A DNA stretch of 64,000 nucleotides from Eledone cirrhosa. Taxonomy: Eukaryota. The notes under the pieces were generated by a model. That model searched no databases. It was not told the DNA's origin and saw nothing but the letters and a program-made list of their open reading frames with translations. The DNA lies in NCBI GenBank assembly GCA_964016885.1, contig OZ024742.1, positions 365,552,001 to 365,616,000 on the forward strand, given 5' to 3'. Positions 52,183 to 64,000 of the stretch are shown here, piece after piece; within the stretch, counting starts at the first letter, position 1, and each line of letters opens with the position of its first letter. A program made the translations under genes and the position numbers.

Positions 52183-52221
<39 letters not shown>

Positions 52222-52225
<4 letters not shown>

Positions 52226-52626
52226 GGAGGTGAGTTTTATTGTAGTACAATAAAGCAATGCAGATATCGGATAAGAAGCACTCTACAGTTTGTGGGACTG
52301 GAGTATGCATAATATAAGATCAAAAGATGGTTAAAGGAGTTCCATATATTTTATTATGCGCATTTCAAAAACAAACATCATCAAACAATAATATTTGTGT
52401 TTTCATCAGATAAAACAGGAGAACATGATATGAAGGCTAAAAAACACTTGTTGATAGTGCAGTTATATGTTGATTTAAAACTGCACTATCAACAAGTGTT
52501 TTTTAGCCTTCATATCATGTTCTCCTGTTTTATCTGATGAAAACACAAATATTATTGTTTGATGATGTTTGTTTTTGAAATGCGCATAATAAAATATATG
52601 GAACTCCTTTAACCATCTTTTGATCT

Positions 52627-52633
<7 letters not shown>
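52222..52633. mobile_element. Family M palindrome with HHR in both arms (52349-52415 -, 52528-52594 +)
   Basis: 52311-52464 exact inverse of 52479-52633; TTTTAT-CTGATGA...GAAA-TGCGCA-TA-ATAAAA. Confidence 0.9.
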
Positions 52634-52674
<41 letters not shown>

Positions 52675-53545
52675 GATCGACTTTGGTCGAATCGGACCGA
52701 GGAAACAATGTTTCTATTGGTCTTTCCAGTTGCTAGTACTATCTATCGGTCGCAACTCCAGGTAGAAGGAGTAACGTGAAATAAAGTGTCTTGCTGAAGG
52801 ATATAACGCATCACCCTGTCCGGGAATTCACCTATATATATATATCCCTGTCTCTATAAAATATTTTGCGATGTTCCTTCCGGTTTTCTGCGCTCTTAGT
52901 TCAAATTCTACCAAGGTCAACATTGCCATTCTTTCCAGCTCGGGACATATGGACCAATTCAGTACTGGTGTAGGTTCTTCCTCTATATCTCTCTCCCCCT
53001 TCTTCTCTGGGTGATGTTAGCTGTGTTCAGAACCGGAGAGGCATGAGATCCAGCAGGTTTTAAACGCCCAAGGAACGTATGTCATTAGAGCATTAGAACA
53101 CTCTACAAGTTCATACATACATATCAAGGCATTAGCCATATGTTGAGTAGATGTAGGATCATATCATAGTTCTTTACCTAATCCCACCAACAGTCAGAAG
53201 TTTCATGTTGAGGGCGATGGCTTAATGGTTATAGCATTTTGTTCTTGAACAAAACAGATTTGAGCATTTCATTCCAATAGAGCGTTTAGACACATGTTGT
53301 GTCATGGTGAATCTTCCTGAGAATTACAATAAAAATCCACGTGTCTCATAATTGCGCAGTGAATTTGAATAGCAAGTTGTTCTGTTGATCGAAAAGTTGA
53401 AACACATTTCGTCGAAACCGATGGAAGTCCACCACACATCTTAGTCTGATCACGCTAGTAATCAGCCATTTTATATATATATATATGACTGCCATGACTG
53501 AATTTTAACCATCTACTTAGTCAAGGTATGTCATGCATCATCTTA

Positions 53546-53608
53546 TTTTATTTGATGAGGACGTACTGTTGAAGATAGCTCAGTACCTCTGAAATATGTA
53601 TAATAAAA
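53546..53608 (+). ncRNA. Hammerhead with TTGATGA core
   Basis: TTTTAT-TTGATGA-GGA-C-GTACTG...CAGTAC-C-TCT-GAAA-TATGTA-TA-ATAAAA, in a (TA)n-flanked insert. Confidence 0.7.
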
Positions 53609-53651
53609 TATACTTGATCACACGAATGTCTATATTTGTTAATATTTTGAA

Positions 53652-53722
<71 letters not shown>

Positions 53723-55205
53723 TACATGTTAGCTCTTAGTCTAATCACACCAAAAATCAGCCATTTTATGTTGGGTGTATATAGGTGTCTATCTATGTAT
53801 ATGTGTGTGTGTGTGTGTGTATTACATGTTAGCTCTTATTCTAATCATGGCAACAATCAGCTATTTCATGCAGAGTTTATGTACCATCATATGTAGGAAT
53901 GTTTAGATGCTTCTAGTCTGCTTCCGGCTTCGTTTCTTTTTTATATTGGAACATTTCCCTGAACGTTGATTGGATTAAAACAATTTTAATGTATTTTTGT
54001 TTAAAGAACAAAACGTCTCTGGTGCCATATATTCCAGTCTGCTGATAACTGTGAAACATTTCCTACCAACAATTCAATTAAATGCAGTAAATTTAAACAG
54101 TGCGTGAATGTTAGATGAAAGAAGTTGTCAAATTTCATTTCAATGTCTCAGATTCTTTCTTTGTTTGTTTGTTCTTGTTGCAGTTGTCATTATTCCTTCT
54201 ATTGTTCTTTATTTTGTTGCTGTTGGTTAACCTCACATCTGTTCTTAGTGTGTAGGGTAAATTTTGAAGGAGGGAGAATTGGCTGTGCCCTGTGTTAGGT
54301 ACGATAGTTTAAAAACAAATAACCGACTCGTTAGGTCATGATTTCCAGTAATTCACAAAGTGTTTACATTGGTGAACTGGTGTACCGCAAGATGTCAGTA
54401 ACTGTGTCATGAGATGTAATAAGGAGTGCAGTGAAAGAGAAATATTATATTTAAAATGTGAAGAGTATAAATAGAAATCCGTAATAAGGATCATATCTAC
54501 CTGTCAAAGTGAGAAACAACTAAATTAACAATGAAACCATTGCCAACATAACCCAAGTACAGATTTCTCATTCATAACTTTCTTCTATTTAGTGACTAAA
54601 GAAGGAACGCAAATATTGCTTTCTGTATTTTAAATTATCTATATTTCTACTTTATGCTATGCTAATATGTATAAATAATTCTATCGATTAATGCTTCAAA
54701 TTTAGATTTTAAAAATGCGCCAAAATAGTTGGGCTTGTTTTCCAGGGTGCCGTGACTACAATTTTAGGAACTATTGACATAGGCGCTGGATTGTGACCAT
54801 CGCGTATACATATTAGGCACCCAAGTAGCTCAATCCATCTAATAATAATTAATACGATAGGTTAAATACAGAGTGTACAGAGTCAGAACATTTACCGCAA
54901 ATCATTCTAGCCATCTCAGACATTTCCACAAAAGTTTCGCTTTTAATATCAACTAGTCGATGTGATATATTGTCGCAGCAAAGGAATCGAACTCGAGTCG
55001 TTAACTCAATTGCCTGGGAGCTTAACTCTCTCTTCGTAGTAATGGTTTCAGAAAATTAGCATTCGCTCTCGTAATAATAAAAAAATTACGAGAAATCAAT
55101 GTTTGGTAATATAAAATCTGCAACATTAACTATTGTGGAGATAAAAAAGATAGGCTTCTGGCAGTGACACACATGTATTCGCACACAAACATATACACAC
55201 ACATG

Positions 55206-55245
<40 letters not shown>

Positions 55246-56421
55246 TATACATGCGCATATGCATTCACACATGCACATATTTATATATACATACAGGCAT
55301 ATACCATGACACAGTTTTACTACTACACATACATACACATATGGAGAGAGAAGAGAAACTTATGCACACATGTGGATGTACATGTACATACACATGTACT
55401 TGTGCAGTCATGCATACACACATACACATTCACATTTACACACACAGACATACAGAAACAAAATTAATTTCTCTATTTTCCTCCAACAATAGTATTTTAA
55501 CTGTCAGGAGAAAAAAAAAGGAAAATGAGAAAAAAAAGGAGAAAAAGAAAGAAAGAAACATATTCGATCTTGTGTGATGTTGTATCGATCTGTAATCATA
55601 GCTGAAATATAGGACAGCTGTGACACGTGGTAAAATGGCGGAAAAAGAGAAAAGAATTATTAAATTTAACATCTGGTAAGTTGTCTAATGAAATTTAATA
55701 CGTTGCCGCTTAGTCGTATAGGTGTCGCTCGAGTCGGCTAATGAAACTGGAGTATCACACCACCAATATTACCACCACTATCAACATTACTAACAACAAC
55801 AACGTAATTACTACTACCAGAATACTACAACAAACTCCACCACCACCACGACCACCATAATATAACTAACACCACCAGCTCCACCAACACCAAAACGTTG
55901 AACACTAACACCATCTCCACCCCTACCGATATATCCACACATTCCACCAACACTCTCACTTCATCACAATTAGCAACACCAAACCACACCCTTTACATTG
56001 ACCAACACTATCGCTGTATGACAATGAAATGGAGATGGATATTATGGTATATGAAGATATATTCCCTGATGAAGCATTGTCTTAAATAGCGTAGGTATGT
56101 CTGTATCGTTAAGGAGTTCGTTTCTTGACAACCACGTGATTCTGGGTACACTTACACCTCAAGTATGTTCTACTATAGCCCCAAGTTATCCAATTACTTT
56201 TAAGTAGAATGTGAGAGATGGAAACTAGAGAAGTCAGTATTTATATATATTGATAGCCGATCAACATGATCCCAGACCTCATTCGCTTAACGAGTCAAAT
56301 TGGTCTTTCCAATTGCTAATAGTATCCGTCGGTTGCAGCTCCAGGCAGAAGGAGCAACATAAAATAACGTGTCTTGCTCAAGGACATAACGCATCCCCCG
56401 GTCTGGGAATCGAAATGTCAA

Positions 56422-56468
<47 letters not shown>

Positions 56469-56747
56469 AATCATGTCCTTAGAATCATTAGATAAAATAT
56501 TTACCATTTCCTCTCCCAATTAGCATAATTAACCATATCAAAAAATCAATTAGACCAAGCTATAAGAAGAAAGGCTCTTATGAAGAAATCTCCGACAAAA
56601 AACCGAAAGTGGCCTTTTCGCGGTGGCCCCAATAGAGTATTTATCCAACATTTCGACAGCATGTAGAAACTGACTAAATATACCATCAACCATACACAAT
56701 TAGGTGTAAAATCAAACTTAGAAGAAATGTGTACATACCGTAATTAT

Positions 56748-56824
56748 ATCTCTACCATGGTTTCATCCGTATTTTTAGACATCCAATTAATAGGAATGTC
56801 TTGAGTTAGGATTCATCAGGAGAC
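56748..56824 (-). ncRNA. Type I hammerhead with extended stem II (family R, insert about 56465-57070)
   Basis: GTCTC-CTGATGA-ATCC..AGACATTC..GGATGTCT..GGAT-GAAA-CCATGG-TA-GAGAT. Confidence 0.8.
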
Positions 56825-57066
56825 AAACTCAAAATTAGACATTTAGTTTTCCAACGTGATCGCGCCAAAATTAGATTTAAAAATGGCTAAGAATCGCAAT
56901 GTGGCTGTGGTCAAGCTAGAAAGAATGTGATTGGTTGCTTACGGCAGGTAGGTTTGTTGCTAGAAAGCGCAGCCAAATGTCGCTAAGTTGTATCTCAACC
57001 TAACGGGAGATTATTAAATATAAAGGTTTACATATACATAAAGTTATAGATATATATGTTGCAACC

Positions 57067-57126
<60 letters not shown>

Positions 57127-57184
57127 CGAACGAGTAGGACCCCGACGGCTGAGCTCAAGCCGTTTCGACGGCTAATTCTGGACT

Positions 57185-60089
<2,905 letters not shown>

Positions 60090-60203
60090 TGCAAATTTAG
60101 ACGGGAACAAAATAGACAGGCAGACAAATAAAGTTTTATTAGGTTCACGCTCTTGAGAGAGTGTGTGTGTGGGGGGGGGGGGCGTTTCGGGCATAAGCCC
60201 TTA

Positions 60204-60842
60204 TCTATATATATAAAACTGTGGTTGTCTGTCTGTCTATCGATTTTTGGCACACATCTCCTCTTAGAATCTCTCACGGAATTGCACCCAAATTGCTATA
60301 CTTGTACATTGAGCCCTAGCGAAGACATCGGAAAAACAATATTTCAAATTGACCCACCCTATGTGACGAAATCGAATATAATGTATCGATTTTTGAGCGT
60401 AAGTTATCAGTTATTTCCCTTTGTTCTGTTTACATTGAGCGTCTGCGTGCAAAAATTAAAAAAATTACGCTGGCTTTCTCAGCGTTTAAAATGACATTAA
60501 CACAATACACGAACAGTTGTCGAGCCAGCAAAATTTTGACCTGCAAAATTCATCAGTTCGAACACTAAGCTTCCTTTTTGCTTCATTTCCATTTAAAAGC
60601 CTTTTAAAACAATATTTTTACTTGAAAACAAGTCTATTTAATGACTACGTAAAACAAGCAAATATTTCGTAAAAAAAAGCAAAATTTATATAAGTTTATT
60701 TAAAATATATGTATCTGTAAATTTCGTTAGGCGTGCAGACAGACAGTCGTGCAGACAGACTTTAAGCCAAAAAAGAAACTTAACATTGTAACTTTAACAC
60801 AGCTACTGAGCGACCCCGAGCAACGCCGGGCTTTACTGCTAG
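60204..60842 (+). mobile_element. Non-autonomous Helitron
   Basis: 5' A|TCTATATATATAAAA; 3' hairpin CCCGAGCAACGCCGGG then CTAG|T. Confidence 0.8.
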
Positions 60843-61172
60843 TTCAGGATAAAGAGGTTAGGAAGAGAGTTCCGAGGGTGTGTGGAAATATATATATATA
60901 TATATATTGTTATCTAACCTGATCGTATGTTCGTTGTGGTGGCTTCTGTGGATATGCCCCCTTAACCAGAGTTTTCAATCTGTCACACTATTTAACGTAT
61001 GTTTATTTCTCTAAGATGTAACTTATCGATTTATCGATATCTTCTTATTGAGTGCTTCGTGCAAAGCTCCGCATATTGTTTTTTTTTTTTTTTTTCGAGG
61101 AATGCTGGCCGATCGCTGCAATTTCGATTTTACTCACTTTCATTCCTCTCTCTCTCTCTATATATATATATT

Positions 61173-61465
<293 letters not shown>

Positions 61466-61701
61466 ATATATATATAAAGAAATATATATATATATATGTG
61501 TATATATATATATATGTATATATATATGTATGTATACGTACATACATATATGTATACAGACGTACAGTAGTATGTATATATATACATACTACTGTACGTC
61601 TCTATACATATATGTATGTACGTATACATACATACATACATACTGATATTTAAGTAAGTGCCGTACTAAGAGTGAGAAATGAAATTTTGTTTCATTCTAT
61701 T

Positions 61702-61799
<98 letters not shown>

Positions 61800-62429
61800 T
61801 GAGATCCCATTTACATTACTAGCAATGTTCTCAAACCATTTGTATCATCAAATACTGAAAAATGTAGTAATTATATCTATGTATGGAGTAACTAATATAG
61901 TTTCAACTTGAGATCCGCCAGTATTTACATAATACTTTCAATATATATCATTTTACAGTGTCACTTTCTATTGACTACATTGCCAAATAACTTAACTTGT
62001 GCTATAAACGATCACATATATCTCCATAAAATTAATTTAATAAAATGTCTTTCTCCCGTCACCGCTATTTTAGGTATCGTAAATATACTTATCCCACAGA
62101 CTCCGCATGATATCGTATAACTTATTACTGTTGATAAATATAACGGCTTTTATCGGAAGTCTTATATCCACATGAAATAAATGTTTTGCAATGTTTAGTT
62201 TAGCGCATGCTTCGAGTCAATGATTCCAAATTTTCCTTAAAAACAGTTTTATCTGAGAATCCCAAAACTTTGCAATATAAGAAATACATTTTCCCAATAA
62301 ATACATCCCCTTTCAAGAAACTTCAACCGTTTTAAATTTTCTGTACATTATTGAAAGAGAGAACCAACGTTTATTCAATCATTTGGGGAAATTGCAGTTT
62401 CACAATAGTTTGGGGTCTTTTCATACCAC

Positions 62430-62660
62430 TGTGGTCTGTCTCTAAAACATCGAATGTCTGTTTTGTGACCGGAGGTTCATTAGGCCAGTACTTATCCTCC
62501 TTCCGTGGCGTGAAACGCTTTAGAGTACAACACTTTTCCCTGGACAGAACGCCAGTCCATCACAGGATTAAATCCCCAACTATGGATGGTATCTATTTTC
62601 AGCTGTGTATACTGGAGCAAAATGAAATGAAGTGTTTTGCTCAAGAATGCAACATGGCCT
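62430..62660 (-). mobile_element. Second SINE family, degenerate
   Basis: GGAGCAA..GAAATGAAGTGTTTTGCTCAAGAA; similar pieces at about 52770 and 56350. Confidence 0.55.
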
Positions 62661-63493
62661 CAACATTGTAGGTCAGTCTCCATTATCGATAAATGCTGAG
62701 GAATAGTAATTGACATTTCTTTGCTGAATTTTAAGCTCTACTTACATTTTCAGAATTCGTTATTATAACATTATTGCCCGAATCTTCTACAACAACGTAA
62801 ATATGATCATATATTGATTCATTCATGCCATCGTTCAATTCCACGAAGCCTAAACCATCTTCAATAGCTTTGACTTCACAAACAACAAATTCAGAGATCT
62901 TGCAGGAATTGCAGTTTCAACTTTTTCCATTCAAGCTCACTATTTTAATACAATTTTCACACACTAAATATATTTCCGAATATCGCATATGTTGACGTTA
63001 TTTCCCTAGCTTTTCAGATTATATTTTACTGACAATATTAGGTTATTTAACAGCTAAAATACACAGATACAACTGACTTCTGTCTTTTCTATCACATCTG
63101 AAGATAGCAAAATAACTTGAACAGCTAGATAAGTAGTTTAACATCGTAAAAATTATTAAATAATTTACATTTCTGAAGAGGAGGTGATGCTGCCAAGCCT
63201 ACGCAGTCTCTGGTCTTAAATCCTGACAAATGATGAGATGTTTTATCTAATTAACACGATATTTGCCCCACTAATTTATTATAATTCAGTCCATCTTCAC
63301 CCGTTTTATTTATACAGTTAAATTTAATGACTCCATTACTGCTTTACGAGCAAACTGAGCGGAGAGGGACTTATAAATAACTCTCAACCATTGAAAATAA
63401 ATTATAGCATCTACTTCTTGAAGAGAATTTATTTTTAAAGTTAACGTTTATTGCTCCATATGTTAAACACACACACATACACACACACACACT

Positions 63494-63672
<179 letters not shown>

Positions 63673-64000
63673 ATAAATGTAAGTCTCCGATGCTGTAAAA
63701 CACGGTGACATTGTATCAGTTTTGTTTGGCAAGAAACACAAAGAAAATGCTAAAATAAGAATGGCCCTCACAGCTATGGTTTTCACATCCTGTTTGGTAC
63801 CAACTAGTTTCACAATTCACAAACTTTAATGTTTACTGATCATGACTTATCTGTTCAATACATGACTCATGATCAAAGATGCCGTTTCTTTTTATATTTC
63901 TTTAAACTTCACCATGAAATGTACTTTCAAGCATTTGAGGTTCCTGCCTTAAACAAGAAACAGTCAACTCGTTCAGATGAAGCAAAGATATTACCAAGTA

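Overview
AT-rich, microsatellite-saturated animal DNA. The SINE type and (TA)n/(CA)n/(TCTA)n density suggest an octopod cephalopod; this is inference. No intact host gene is visible, and nearly all ORFs in the track are microsatellite or minisatellite artefacts. The dominant signal is a dense set of insertions in (TA)n tracts. It includes four decayed Penelope-like retroelements (PLEs): two Naiad-like, one Neptune-like, and one tentatively Nematis-like that retains only its RT C-terminus and GIY-YIG. Alongside them are roughly 15 non-coding families. Almost all carry a type I hammerhead ribozyme (HHR) readable by eye, about 35 full, degenerate or half motifs in 64 kb. Most insertions have an inverted arm plus a 1.x-unit direct (circularly permuted) body with units of about 320, 457, 520, 550 and 1280 nt, as expected for retrozyme-like RNAs mobilised by PLE machinery. 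Some pair arms from two different families. Several HHRs are atypical: U3-A8 core, 30-bp UNCG-capped stem III, long stem II, recurrent C-C mismatch. Also present: (TCTA)n-associated L1/Tx1-like 3' ends, an RTE 3' end, a deleted mariner, hAT, mariner and piggyBac-like MITEs, a non-autonomous Helitron, tRNA-derived SINEs and several minisatellites. All structures were read manually; no folding software or database search was run.
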